The position numbers were made by a program, and so were the translations under genes. A stretch of 49,715 bases of DNA from Minisyncoccota bacterium (GTDB lineage Bacteria; Patescibacteriota; Minisyncoccia; UBA6257; 02-FULL-45-10c): positions 1-49,715 of the forward strand of contig JAQURY010000003.1 of NCBI GenBank assembly GCA_028715395.1. The letters run 5' to 3'. Position 1 is the stretch's first letter. Every line of letters begins with the position of its first letter. This document shows, one piece after another, positions 7,649-17,194 of the stretch. The notes under the pieces are model-generated. The model was given only the letters and a program-made list of their open reading frames with translations, ran no database searches and was not told the DNA's origin.

Positions 7649-8788
7649 ATGAAATACACCATTAAAAAACTCCCCGATTCAATAAGAGAGGCGGAAATTG
7701 TTTATGACAACAAGGAATTTTCCGATTATTGGCAGGAGGTTTATAACGACGAGATCGCCAAGGTTAATTTAAAGGGCTTCCGTCCAGGAGCGGCGCCAAA
7801 GGAATTGGCGGATAAAGCCGTTGATAAGGAGCATATTTTTGAACATGCGGTTTCCGATGCCGTGCGTCACGCGCTCAAGCAGATTATGGAAGAAAAGGAT
7901 TTGGATATTATTGATCAGCCGAAAGTGGAGGTTTTGGAGCAAAAAGACGGGCTGAAAGTCAAGGTTATTCTCACGGTTTTTCCGGAAATTGTCCTGGGAA
8001 ATTATAAGAAAATCGCAAAAGCGGCCTTTGAAGATAAAAAAGAAATTAAAATAGAAGAAGGCGAAGTTGATAAGACCATTGATTGGATATTGAAATCTCG
8101 GGCGCAAATAATAAGAAGCGTCCAGCCGGCCAAAAAAGGCGATGTTGTCCATATAATTCATGAGGGTAAGCCGGACAAGTTTATTCTCGGCGAAGGCCAG
8201 CTTAAAGACGGAATTGAAGATAAAATTGTCGGACACAAAGAAGGCGAAAAATTTGACGGCATCGAACTTAAAGAAATTTTTGAAAGAAAAGTGCCGGAAT
8301 TGACGGACGAATTTGTGAAAGGAATTGGGAAATTTGCGACTGTGGCGGATTTCAAAAAAAGCATAACAGACGGAATTTTGAAGGAAAAAAAGCTGAAAGA
8401 TAAAGAAAGAAAACAGCTCAAAGTTCTTGAGGGAATAATAAAAGAATCAAAAATAGAAATGCCTCAAGTTATGGTTGAGAGAACGTACGAGCATTTGGTT
8501 GCCGATTACGCCGATTTTATCAAAATCAATCCGGGCAAAGAAGAAGAATTTAAAAAGGGATTGAAGAAAGAGGCCGAGAAAAGCGTTGCTTCTAATTTAA
8601 TTATCCATCAGATTGTAAAAGAGGAAAATTTGGAACCAACAGAGGATGAAATTGAAATGGAAGAGAATAATGTTCTGAAAAATTTACCTAAAGAGCAAGC
8701 GTTAAAGCTGGAGCATCACAGAATACACAGCTATTGCTACGATGTAGTCAAAAATAGAAAGGTCTTTGAGTATTTGGAGAAGTTATAA
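7649..8788 (+). CDS. tig: trigger factor
   Basis: Carries the N-terminal ribosome-binding signature LKGFRPGAAPKELA. It is 379 aa (short) and lies directly upstream of clpP. Confidence 0.8.
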   Translation: MKYTIKKLPDSIREAEIVYDNKEFSDYWQEVYNDEIAKVNLKGFRPGAAPKELADKAVDKEHIFEHAVSDAVRHALKQIMEEKDLDIIDQPKVEVLEQKDGLKVKVILTVFPEIVLGNYKKIAKAAFEDKKEIKIEEGEVDKTIDWILKSRAQIIRSVQPAKKGDVVHIIHEGKPDKFILGEGQLKDGIEDKIVGHKEGEKFDGIELKEIFERKVPELTDEFVKGIGKFATVADFKKSITDGILKEKKLKDKERKQLKVLEGIIKESKIEMPQVMVERTYEHLVADYADFIKINPGKEEEFKKGLKKEAEKSVASNLIIHQIVKEENLEPTEDEIEMEENNVLKNLPKEQALKLEHHRIHSYCYDVVKNRKVFEYLEKL

Positions 8789-8800
8789 TAAGATAAAGCT

Positions 8801-9403
8801 ATGGAAAACAATGAGTATTTAATACCGACAGTTATAGAAAAAACTCAGGGAGGCGAGCGGGCTTATGATATTTATTCCCGCCTGCTTAAAGAAAGAATAA
8901 TTTTTTTGGGCGGACCAATAAATGACGGAGTTGCCAATACGGTGATTGCGCAGCTTTTGTTTTTGGAACACGAAGATCCCAAAAAAGACATCAGCTTATA
9001 TATTAATTCCCCGGGAGGTTCTGTGACGGCAGGAATGGCAATCTACGACACTATGCAGCACATTAAATGCGATGTTTCTACAATCTGCGTGGGAATGGCC
9101 GCCTCAATGGGCGCGGTGCTTTTGGCTTCCGGACAGAAAGGAAAAAGATTTGCGTTGCCGAATTCCGAAATTTTATTGCACCAAGTCATGGGCGGCGCCG
9201 AAGGACAAGCGGTTGAAATTGAAATAACGGCTAAGCATATTTTAAGAATAAAAGAAAAACTTAATCAGTTGTTGGCAAAACACACAGGACAGTCGTTTGC
9301 CAAAATAGAAAAGGACACAGATAGAGATTTTCACTTGAGCGCGCAGGAAGCCAAAGAATATGGCGTAATAGACGCGGTAATGAAGGGGAAAAATAATAAA
9401 TAG
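8801..9403 (+). CDS. clpP: ATP-dependent Clp protease proteolytic subunit
   Basis: [25 protein letters not shown] (catalytic Ser) and LLHQVMGG (His). Confidence 0.92.
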   Translation: MENNEYLIPTVIEKTQGGERAYDIYSRLLKERIIFLGGPINDGVANTVIAQLLFLEHEDPKKDISLYINSPGGSVTAGMAIYDTMQHIKCDVSTICVGMAASMGAVLLASGQKGKRFALPNSEILLHQVMGGAEGQAVEIEITAKHILRIKEKLNQLLAKHTGQSFAKIEKDTDRDFHLSAQEAKEYGVIDAVMKGKNNK

Positions 9404-9404
9404 A

Positions 9405-9435
9405 AAAATAGCGGCTCAAAGGCCGCTATTTTTTA
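9405..9435 (+). terminator. intrinsic terminator
   Basis: aaaaatagcggc-tcaaag-gccgctatttttt. Confidence 0.8.
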
Positions 9436-9471
9436 TTTGTAAGAATCCCCGTCAGGATTTATAATATTTAC

Positions 9472-10611
9472 ATGTCTAAGGACTTATTAACTCATAGAGT
9501 GGTTGATGTAATAGATAAGAAGCACTTGGAGGAGGTTTTGGCGAGCGGGAAGAAATTAAGGGTGAAATACGGGGCTGATCCGACAGCGCCGGATTTGCAT
9601 TTGGGACATGCGGTAGGACTCCGCAAGCTTAAGGCCTTTCAAGATTTGGGACATCAGATTGTTTTTATAATCGGCGATTATACCGCCCAAATTGGTGATC
9701 CTTCCGGCCGTTCCAAGGCCAGACCGGTGCTTACCGAAAAAGAAGTGAAAGCTAACGCCAAAAGTTATTTTGAACAGGTAGGTAAAATTTTGGATGTTAA
9801 AAAACTGGAAATTGTTTATAACAGCAAGTGGTTTAAAAAAATGGATTTTGCCTCATTAATAAAATTATTGGGCAAATTCACCGTGCAGAGAATTTTGGAA
9901 AGAGATGATTTTGCCAAAAGAATAAAAGGAGGTATTGAGGTTTATGCGCATGAAATCATATATCCGATAATGCAGGCATATGATTCCATAATGGTTAAAT
10001 CCGACGTGGAGATGGGCGGCGAAGATCAGATATTTAACATGCTTGCGGGCCGGGAATTACAAAAAAAAATGGGAGAGCCTGAACAGGATGTGATTACTAT
10101 TCCGCTTTTGGTTGGCACGGACGGACAGAAAAAAATGTCCAAATCGATGGGCAACTATATCGGCATTACCGAAAAACCGGATGTGATGTTTGGGAAAGTC
10201 ATGTCGGTTCCCGATGAATTGATAAGCCATTATTATGATCTTTGCACTGATGTGGAACAGACCATTAAAGATCCGCGCGAAGCAAAGCTTGAATTGGCAA
10301 GAATAATCGTTGAAATGTATCACGGTAAAGCCGCGGCGGAAAAAGCCAAGGAGGAATTTATCAGGGTTGTTTCAAATAAGGGAGTTCCTTCGGAAATACC
10401 GACGATGAAAGTTAAAAAAGGACTAAAGCTTGCGGATTTGCTTGTTGAAGCAAAAATGGCTGCGAGCAAGAGCGAGGCGCGGCGTTTGATTGAACAGAAG
10501 GGGGTGAGATTGGACGGTAAAGTTGAATCCGACCCGAATAAAACCATTGATATTAAAAAGGAAATATTGCTTCAAGTTGGTCCAAGAAAGTTTTTGAAAA
10601 TTATTGCTTAA
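9472..10611 (+). CDS. tyrS: tyrosine--tRNA ligase (with C-terminal S4 domain)
   Basis: PDLHLGHA (HIGH), KMSKS and the S4-like SKSEARRLIEQKGVRLDG. Confidence 0.85.
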   Translation: MSKDLLTHRVVDVIDKKHLEEVLASGKKLRVKYGADPTAPDLHLGHAVGLRKLKAFQDLGHQIVFIIGDYTAQIGDPSGRSKARPVLTEKEVKANAKSYFEQVGKILDVKKLEIVYNSKWFKKMDFASLIKLLGKFTVQRILERDDFAKRIKGGIEVYAHEIIYPIMQAYDSIMVKSDVEMGGEDQIFNMLAGRELQKKMGEPEQDVITIPLLVGTDGQKKMSKSMGNYIGITEKPDVMFGKVMSVPDELISHYYDLCTDVEQTIKDPREAKLELARIIVEMYHGKAAAEKAKEEFIRVVSNKGVPSEIPTMKVKKGLKLADLLVEAKMAASKSEARRLIEQKGVRLDGKVESDPNKTIDIKKEILLQVGPRKFLKIIA

Positions 10612-10615
10612 AACA

Positions 10616-10640
10616 AAAACAACCCGAAAGGGTTGTTTTT
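10616..10640. terminator. bidirectional intrinsic terminator
   Basis: aaaaacaaccc-gaaa-gggttgttttt, between convergent genes. Confidence 0.8.
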
Positions 10641-10881
10641 ATTTAATGAATTTGAATCTTGGTACTGACTCGCCGTTGAAATCAACGTTTTCCGTAAACA
10701 TTTTAAACGGCCGGGCCCATATCAAATTTTCTCCGTAAAGCGCTTGATATATAACCATTTCCTCAAGCGTTTCGCTGTGAAGAGCTACGCTTAAAACCCT
10801 ATATTGCTTTCCGTTCTTATAATGTTGATAGATACCTAATTTTAAATTTTTTGCTTCTTCTGATAGTTTTATTTCACTCAT
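10639..10881 (-). CDS. DUF1653 family protein
   Basis: YQHYKNGKQYRVL...HSETLEEMVIYQALYGE...WARPFKMF pattern. Confidence 0.7.
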   Translation of the reverse strand: MSEIKLSEEAKNLKLGIYQHYKNGKQYRVLSVALHSETLEEMVIYQALYGENLIWARPFKMFTENVDFNGESVPRFKFIK

Positions 10882-11086
10882 ATTTTTGGAGCCGGCTCGT
10901 AGAAGATGTTAGAACCTTTTTGGTAAAATCCGGCGACTCCTTTGATTTAAATTTACCCGATTTTCTTGAAAATGAAAATGGGTCTAAAACGGATATTTAA
11001 TCCTTTATTGATTGTATTCCGGCTGTTAGAAGTGGAAAGGTAGAGAAAATTAGCATTTATGTATATTTTGGAATATTATTAAGTAC

Positions 11087-12007
11087 ATGTTGCAAAAAGG
11101 ATCTATTATCGCCGATTATGTGATAGAAGAAGAACTAGGATCAGGAAGTTTTGGATCTGTGTTTAAGGTAAAAGATAATAAAACAGGAGAATTTCGTGCT
11201 ATAAAAATATCTAATACTGGAATTAACATCATAGACAAGAAAAGATTTATTGATGAAAATTTAATTTTATACAAATTGTCTCCTCATCCTAGAATTTTGA
11301 CGCCTCATACAAAGGTTATCGAAATTGAAAAACCTTTTCAGATAACTTATTATGTGATGGAATTAGGAGATTGCGATCTTGCTGTTTTCATTAATACAAA
11401 TCAATTAACAGATACAGAAAAATTAGAGATATTTTCAAGTATCTGTGAAGGCATGCAACATGCTCACAATAACTCAGTAGTTCATCGGGATTTGCATTAC
11501 AAAAATATTCTTATTATAAAGAAAAATGGTCAATTGGAATTTAAGATTAATGATTTTGGAAGAGCGAAGGATTTTGACATAGATAGTTTGAGCGAGATTC
11601 CTTGTTGGGGATTTTATGTTTCTCCACCGGAATTTAGATTTAAGATATGGGAAACTCCTCAGCTTCAAAACTATATTCCTGGCGATATATATGCATTAGG
11701 GATTATTCTTTTTACTCTTTTTTCAACATTTCCATCTTTGCCAATAACTTCTTTATTTAGTAATATCAATGAATTTTTTAACCAACAGGGCGTGAAAGAT
11801 ATTGGTAATATTACTTATAAAAAGCGTGAATATTTATACCAAGAATGGCTTAAGACAAAAGCTCCTGATAAATTATTTGCACTTGCACTGAAAGATTATG
11901 CCCTACAAACATCTTTAAATGGGGTTATTGAAAAACTTTGCAATATGGATTTCAATAAGCGTTATAAAGATATAAATTCAATTTTAAAAGATATATCTAA
12001 AATATGA
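11087..12007 (+). CDS. Ser/Thr protein kinase (Hanks type, stand-alone catalytic domain)
   Basis: G-loop GSGSFGSV, Lys in FRAIKI, catalytic loop HRDLHYKN, DFG in INDFGRA and an APE-like SPPEF. The region is AT-rich. Confidence 0.85.
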   Translation: MLQKGSIIADYVIEEELGSGSFGSVFKVKDNKTGEFRAIKISNTGINIIDKKRFIDENLILYKLSPHPRILTPHTKVIEIEKPFQITYYVMELGDCDLAVFINTNQLTDTEKLEIFSSICEGMQHAHNNSVVHRDLHYKNILIIKKNGQLEFKINDFGRAKDFDIDSLSEIPCWGFYVSPPEFRFKIWETPQLQNYIPGDIYALGIILFTLFSTFPSLPITSLFSNINEFFNQQGVKDIGNITYKKREYLYQEWLKTKAPDKLFALALKDYALQTSLNGVIEKLCNMDFNKRYKDINSILKDISKI

Positions 12008-13722
12008 TTAGCCCAATTGAATTAGAAAGAAAACAATATGCTCAACCGATCAGGGGAGAAACTGATCCTGAGCCGAGTTATGTTGCTGACGATATGAATC
12101 TAAAAGTAAATGAAAAAATTGCCAATAAAGTTGCAAAAAACCAATGGAAATTTGTTCGACTGCAGGTTAAAAGTTATCCAAGCTCTAGAACTTTCATTCA
12201 AGACGGCGATTTATATTTACTTAAGGGTAATTATAGGAGATCAATTAAATCTTATTTAGAGGCTATCAAATTTAATAATGACATTCTTGCTTATGAAAGA
12301 ATTGCAACTGCCTATATTACTCATAATCGTTTTCAAGAAGCTGATACATATTTTAAAAAATTACTGACTCTGGTAGATAAAAGAATAGATATCCTAAAAA
12401 AATATATCGGATTTAGATTGTTGTTTTTAGGACAACTTGATATTCAAGAAACTATTGCAATTATTAATGAATTAATTGCAAAATACCCTGGAGATTATGA
12501 GGCGTATAATTACCTTGGATTCATTTCTTTAGTTCAAGATAAACTAAATGAAGCTCAAAATTATTTCGAACAATCTTTGAAAATAAAAAATGATTTTATA
12601 CATGCTCTAAATAATATGGGGGTTTTATGCATGGTCAAAAATGATTTCGAAAAGGCTGAATCATTCTTTAGAAAAGTTATTGAATCGCAACCTCTGAATT
12701 ATCCATTTGCTTATCAAAACTTAGCAAGTGAAAAGGCCATACTCGAAGATTATAATTCAGCTTTGAATATTTTAGAAATGGCAACTAAGAAAGGGGTTGC
12801 TCTTGAAAATAATTGGGATCATATGGTTGGTTGGCTAATGATAAAATTACAAAAATATAAAGATGCCAAACGTTGGTATCTTAATAAAATTACTTTAGAA
12901 CCGAAAAATGATTTGTTGTATAACAATTTAGGAGTTTGTTTCCAGTCCATGGGCGAATTAGAGGAGGCAAAAGAATATTTTTCCGAAGCAATCTCTATTT
13001 TTAAAGGAGATTCTCATGTAAAAAAAGACACTCGATCTTTGAAGGCTTTTTATAATTTAGCTCGATTAGCAGTAGGAAGGGGAGATATTAAATTAGTTGA
13101 GACTATGGCAAAAGATGTTTTAAGATTAAATCCTGATGATGCTTATGGCTTATATTTTTCTGGAGTTAGCTACGTTATGAAGGGCGAATATCATATGGCA
13201 GAACAATGGTACAAAAAAGCTTTTGATATAAATCGAAATATTCCAGAAATGTATCCCGACTACGCGTTTATTCTAGAATCTATAAATAGAGATTCCAAGG
13301 CGGCAATAATATTATTAAACGAAGGTATTAAACGTGGCTTCAAAACTCCATTAATTCTCAATAATCTAGCCTATGCATATATTGTGTTGGGGAAGTTGAA
13401 GAAGGCTGAACGAATTATTAACTCGGCAATTGATTCTAAAAATCCAATTCTATTAGCTACTAAGGGTTTATTAGAAATGAGAAAGAATCATTTGAATGAA
13501 GGTAATAAATATTACAAGATGGCAATCAATTCAAAAATATTTTCTAAATTCAATAAAAATATTGCGAGACAAATATTGGCATATGAGAATGCCTTTTACT
13601 GGTTTAGGAAAAAAGATCTAAAAAAAGCAAAATATTTCATTTGTGAAACAAAAAAGTATGGAGAGACTTATTTTTCTAAAAATGTTGAAGAATTGAATAA
13701 AAATATACTTTCTGTCACTTAA
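12004..13722 (+). CDS. large TPR-repeat protein
   Basis: 572 aa. The start overlaps the kinase stop (ATGA). TPR-like repeats recur, e.g. AYNYLGFISLVQDKLNEAQNYFEQSLKI, ALNNMGVLCMVKNDFEKAESFFRKVIE and LYNNLGVCFQSMGELEEAKEYFSEAISI. Confidence 0.8.
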   Translation: MISPIELERKQYAQPIRGETDPEPSYVADDMNLKVNEKIANKVAKNQWKFVRLQVKSYPSSRTFIQDGDLYLLKGNYRRSIKSYLEAIKFNNDILAYERIATAYITHNRFQEADTYFKKLLTLVDKRIDILKKYIGFRLLFLGQLDIQETIAIINELIAKYPGDYEAYNYLGFISLVQDKLNEAQNYFEQSLKIKNDFIHALNNMGVLCMVKNDFEKAESFFRKVIESQPLNYPFAYQNLASEKAILEDYNSALNILEMATKKGVALENNWDHMVGWLMIKLQKYKDAKRWYLNKITLEPKNDLLYNNLGVCFQSMGELEEAKEYFSEAISIFKGDSHVKKDTRSLKAFYNLARLAVGRGDIKLVETMAKDVLRLNPDDAYGLYFSGVSYVMKGEYHMAEQWYKKAFDINRNIPEMYPDYAFILESINRDSKAAIILLNEGIKRGFKTPLILNNLAYAYIVLGKLKKAERIINSAIDSKNPILLATKGLLEMRKNHLNEGNKYYKMAINSKIFSKFNKNIARQILAYENAFYWFRKKDLKKAKYFICETKKYGETYFSKNVEELNKNILSVT

Positions 13723-13755
13723 TTACAATTAGTCTAAAAAATATAAATTGTTAAT

Positions 13756-13944
13756 CTATTTTGTGGACGGTTCAACATCCTTCACCGAAACCAACTCACA
13801 GGTCAACGCGAAAAAATTAACGACATTTATCGCCATTTTTAAAGCTTCTGTGTCCGAGATTTCCTTTTTGAATACCTCTACATAAATTCGCTTGAATTCC
13901 TGTAATTCCTCGGGAGTTATGTCCACTTCAGATATGTTTTCCAT
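13756..13944 (-). CDS. small hypothetical protein downstream of the XRE regulator
   Basis: 62 aa counted from MENISEVD. It lies 37 nt after the XRE gene on the same strand. The longer 89-aa reading would overlap the XRE gene. Confidence 0.45.
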   Translation of the reverse strand: MENISEVDITPEELQEFKRIYVEVFKKEISDTEALKMAINVVNFFALTCELVSVKDVEPSTK

Positions 13945-13981
13945 GCCACCGGATTCTAACAGAAAACCGCCTTTTGGGCGA

Positions 13982-14188
13982 TTAAGCCAGTAAGTCATTA
14001 ACCGAAATCCCCAGTACTCCCACAATTTTTTGAAGAGTCAGAATATTGGGATTGGTTATTATGCCTGTTTCAAGCTTAATAAGCGCGCTACAGGAAATAT
14101 TAGCCTGTTTTGCGAATTTGTCCTGGGACAATCCCGTTGCCTGCCGGAATTTCTTAATGTTGAAACCAATTTTATTTTCTTCAGTCAT
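13982..14188 (-). CDS. XRE-family helix-turn-helix transcriptional regulator
   Basis: NIKKFRQATGLSQDKFAKQANISCSALIKLETG is a classic HTH_XRE. The start is placed at MTEENK. Confidence 0.8.
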   Translation of the reverse strand: MTEENKIGFNIKKFRQATGLSQDKFAKQANISCSALIKLETGIITNPNILTLQKIVGVLGISVNDLLA

Positions 14189-14334
14189 AAAATCATTGTA
14201 TCCGAATGACTGGCGGCCGGAAGGCATACAAAAATAACATTTATGTCGATTCTGACCACAAAATAAAAATAAGCCCCATTGGGCTTATTTCTCTATACCT
14301 ACATTCAAATCCTTACATTCCGTTACAGTATGGG

Positions 14335-14405
14335 AGCGGGTAACGGGAGTCGAACCCGTGTCGTCTGATTGGCAACCAGATGTAATACCGTTATACGATA
14401 CCCGC
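14335..14405 (-). tRNA. tRNA-Gly (GCC)
   Basis: Acceptor GCGGGTA/TACCCGC, U73, anticodon loop TTGCCAA, T-arm ACGGG-TTCGACT-CCCGT. 71 nt; the trailer is CCCA. Confidence 0.9.
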
Positions 14406-14473
14406 CTACGCTACGCTTCGGCGGGCAAGCCCGCCACTATCTTAAACTTCTGCGGGGCAAGCCCGCTGGACGC
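14406..14473 (-). repeat. conserved 5' leader of tRNA-Gly, copy 1 (GGCGGGC-TT-GCCCGCC hairpin)
   Basis: Near-identical to 42177-42246. Sense strand reads ...GCGGGCTTGCCCCGCAGAAGTTTAAGATAGTGGCGGGCTTGCCCGCCGAAGCGTAGCGTAG. Confidence 0.8.
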
Positions 14474-14530
14474 ACAAAAGCGATCTACGTTTTTTATATT
14501 ATAGGTTTTTTTAGCCAAAATCAAATAAAT

Positions 14531-14558
14531 AAAAAAGCGCACATTGAGCGTGCGCTTT
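14531..14558 (-). terminator. intrinsic terminator of the 14571-14864 gene
   Basis: gcgcac-attgagc-gtgcgc hairpin. A T-run follows on the minus strand. Confidence 0.7.
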
Positions 14559-14570
14559 GGCGTTGGAGGT

Positions 14571-14864
14571 TTAGGCGGCGGAACCGATAATTATCTTGCA
14601 GTCCTTGCCGTTGTTGCAGTCGAATCTGCGATGGCAGTAAGCGCAGGGATTTTTCGCCTTTTCGTTCTCTCTGGCGAGCTTTTCTAAATACGGCCGCGCT
14701 TTTTCAAAGTCTTCGTGAAGTTTCTTCACGAATTCCTCGGTTACGGGTTTAAGCTGCGTGATGTCTCCCGAGCCTTCTTTTTCCCTAAAATCGGGAATTT
14801 TGCTTGTCAGTTTTTGTTTTGCCGGAAAAAAAGAAAAAACTGCTCTCAATATTTTTTTGAACAC
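14571..14864 (-). CDS. small hypothetical protein with a C-terminal Cys cluster
   Basis: 97-aa ORF between two tRNAs, with a CAYCHRRFDCNNGKDC motif. Confidence 0.45.
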   Translation of the reverse strand: MFKKILRAVFSFFPAKQKLTSKIPDFREKEGSGDITQLKPVTEEFVKKLHEDFEKARPYLEKLARENEKAKNPCAYCHRRFDCNNGKDCKIIIGSAA

Positions 14865-14899
14865 TTGTTCCTCCTATAGGTTTTAAATGTGCCCCTTTG

Positions 14900-14971
14900 T
14901 GCCCTCGAGAGGAATCGAACCTCTATTACAAGATCCGCAATCTTGCGTCCTATCCGTTGAACGACAAGGGC
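14900..14971 (-). tRNA. tRNA-Arg (GCG)
   Basis: Acceptor GCCCTTG/CGAGGGC, A73, anticodon arm CAAGA-TTGCGGA-TCTTG, T-loop TTCGATT. Confidence 0.85.
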
Positions 14972-14985
14972 AGAAAACTACTATA

Positions 14986-15453
14986 CTAGAATTTTATTTT
15001 TCTTGAAAGGGTATCGCTTATGGAATCAATATATTCAATCTCTTTGATTTTTTCTTTCAAAAAATCTTTTATTTCAGGAATTTCTTTGTTGAATACGAGA
15101 ATTTTAACGTAAGGATTTACCACTGACTTCATTTGCAATATCAATTCTCCGAAATCTCCGTCATCTTCTCTTATGTCAAAACCCTTAACGGCTTCATAGG
15201 GAATGGTTTTGTATATGCCAATTGTTATGTTTTTGGAGTCAATTTTAAAATTGATTTTTTGAGGCTGGCGCTGTCCCCAGGCTATCAGCAAAATTTCGGC
15301 AATAATTATAAAAGCCGAGAAAAGAATGTTTTTTTGCCAGACAAAAAATACAAGCAGCGCGGCGGCAATCAAGGCGCTCATCCAATACCACGAAGCGCTT
15401 TTTTCATAATACCTGTATTCGGGAGCTATCCAGGATATTTCTTTTTCGGGCAT
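14986..15453 (-). CDS. hypothetical membrane protein (two TM helices plus a soluble C-terminal domain)
   Basis: 155-aa ORF with hydrophobic segments WYWMSALIAAALLVFFVW and LFSAFIIIAEILLIAWG. Confidence 0.55.
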   Translation of the reverse strand: MPEKEISWIAPEYRYYEKSASWYWMSALIAAALLVFFVWQKNILFSAFIIIAEILLIAWGQRQPQKINFKIDSKNITIGIYKTIPYEAVKGFDIREDDGDFGELILQMKSVVNPYVKILVFNKEIPEIKDFLKEKIKEIEYIDSISDTLSRKIKF

Positions 15454-15550
15454 ATTTTAAAAATAACAAAAATTGGCCGATTTTACAAACAAGCTTTTAA
15501 TTTCAACTTGAAAATAAGCTAAAAATTCATTAAAATCAATAAATACAAAA

Positions 15551-15637
15551 GGAGGCGTGGCTGAGCGGTTGAAAGCAGCACACTGCTAATGTGTTGAGGG
15601 GGAAACCCCTCCGAAGGTTCGAATCCTTCCGCCTCCG
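15551..15637 (+). tRNA. tRNA-Ser (GCU)
   Basis: Acceptor GGAGGCG/CGCCTCC, G73, anticodon loop CTGCTAA, long variable arm and T-arm GAAGG-TTCGAAT-CCTTC. Confidence 0.9.
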
Positions 15638-15718
15638 CCTTTGGTCGCCAAGAGCGACCTGCGGCGGACAAGTTCGCCAGGGGCGAATAAATCCGCAGTA
15701 TATTTTCTGCATAAATTT

Positions 15719-17194
15719 ATGACTACATCAAATAATAAAAATGAATCATTGAAACGTCCGCCCATTGTCGTAGTGGTTGGCCACGTTGACCATGGCAAAA
15801 CCAGCTTACTGGACTACATCAGAAAAACGAATGTCGCGGCGAGAGAGGCGGGAGGAATTACTCAGTCGGTCGGAGCCTATGAAATTTCTCATTCTCCTGA
15901 AGCGATTAAGCCAGCGGAAAAAATTACTTTTATAGACACTCCGGGTCACGAAGCGTTTTCCAAAATGCGGGTGCGCGGCGCTCACATTGCCGATATTGGC
16001 ATCTTGGTGGTTGCCGCCGACGACGGCGTTCAGCCACAGACAAAAGAAGCCATCAAGGCTCTTACGGAATCCAACACTCCTTTTATTGTGGCTATCACCA
16101 AAGTTGATAAAAATAATGTTGATTTAAGGCGGGTTAAAAACGAACTGATTACCAACGGCGTTCTTTTGGAAGGTCTGGGCGGAGGCGTAAGTTATCAGGA
16201 AGTTTCTTCTAAAACCGGACAGGGCATCGCCGAACTTTTGGATTTAATCATTCTTCATGCGGAAATGGAAAATTTAAAATATAATCCAGCCGCCAGAGGA
16301 AAAGGAGTAATTTTGGAATCTGAAATGGATAAGCAGCGCGGGATAATCGTAAATGTCATTTTGGAAGACGGGAGTTTGAGAACAGGCGATCAGATAATGA
16401 CGGCCAGCGCCAAAGGAAAGATTAAAATGCTTGAAAACTTTTTAGGCGAACGGGCGAAAGAATTATATCCTTCCAGCCCGGCTGTAATCATGGGTTTTGA
16501 GAAAATGCCTAAAATAGGAGAAGAGTTTATAGCGGGAAAGGAGATTACCGATGAAGAACAAAGCGCCATAAAGCCAAAAGTTATAGGAAAAGTATTTGAA
16601 GGCAAGACTGAGGGCGAAGAAATAATGAAATTGATATTGAAGGCCGATGTGGGCGGTTCGCTTGAGGCGCTTGGCGAAGCGGTAAGAAAGGTTCCTCTTA
16701 AAGAAAATCAGGGAATTAAGATTATCAGCGAATCAGTCGGTGAAATTTCCGACGGAGACATCAAAGATGCCATCGCCACGGGCGCTTTCATAATCGGTTT
16801 CCGCGTTAGAACCGCCAAAGCTGCGGAAAATCTGGCTAAAGATAATAAGGTTGCTATTATCAACTCAGAAATTATTTATGAGTTGCTTGAGGCAGTAGAG
16901 GATCATCTCAGAAATCTTGGCTCAAAGGACATAACTGGCGAATTTGAAACGTTGGCGGTTTTCGGAAAGAAATCAGGAAAACAGATTGTCGGCGGGCAGG
17001 TTATAAAAGGCGCCATAAAAAATAATATAAAAGTGGAAATCCAAAAAGCCGGCGAAACAATCGGGGAAGGAAGAATAGTTAATCTCCAACAAGACAAGAA
17101 AGACGCGCAAAGCGTTGAGGCGGGAAAGCAGTGCGGAATTTTATTAAGCACTAATGTGGAAATGCAAACGGAATATCATTTAATTCAACGATGA
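15719..17194 (+). CDS. infB: translation initiation factor IF-2 (short form, no long N-terminal region)
   Basis: GHVDHGKTSLLD, DTPGHEAF and TKVDK GTPase motifs. The start is moved to ATG 15719 because the TTG at 15641 abuts tRNA-Ser. Confidence 0.88.
   Translation: MTTSNNKNESLKRPPIVVVVGHVDHGKTSLLDYIRKTNVAAREAGGITQSVGAYEISHSPEAIKPAEKITFIDTPGHEAFSKMRVRGAHIADIGILVVAADDGVQPQTKEAIKALTESNTPFIVAITKVDKNNVDLRRVKNELITNGVLLEGLGGGVSYQEVSSKTGQGIAELLDLIILHAEMENLKYNPAARGKGVILESEMDKQRGIIVNVILEDGSLRTGDQIMTASAKGKIKMLENFLGERAKELYPSSPAVIMGFEKMPKIGEEFIAGKEITDEEQSAIKPKVIGKVFEGKTEGEEIMKLILKADVGGSLEALGEAVRKVPLKENQGIKIISESVGEISDGDIKDAIATGAFIIGFRVRTAKAAENLAKDNKVAIINSEIIYELLEAVEDHLRNLGSKDITGEFETLAVFGKKSGKQIVGGQVIKGAIKNNIKVEIQKAGETIGEGRIVNLQQDKKDAQSVEAGKQCGILLSTNVEMQTEYHLIQR

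Noticed and set aside
10882-11086. An attachment-site direct repeat of the tRNA-Gly 3' end at the far border of the AT-rich island.
   Set aside because: I could not find the tRNA 3' segment (…GGGTTCGACTCCCGTTACCCGC) or its complement there. There is only a weak local repeat (CCGGCT...GTTAGAA at about 10891 and 11019). There is also no integrase gene, so the island call rests on composition and context only.
12005-12007. Possible alternative genetic code (UGA recoding, as in some candidate phyla).
   Set aside because: TGA terminates the kinase, the ECF sigma factor and the GT2 gene at positions where the proteins end naturally. Long conserved genes (valS, lepA, infB) contain no in-frame TGA. 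The standard bacterial code fits.
15641-15718. The TTG-initiated N-terminal extension of infB given in the ORF track.
   Set aside because: It would start 4 nt after tRNA-Ser and adds a non-conserved basic peptide. The ATG at 15719 gives MTTSNNK... about 20 aa before the G domain.
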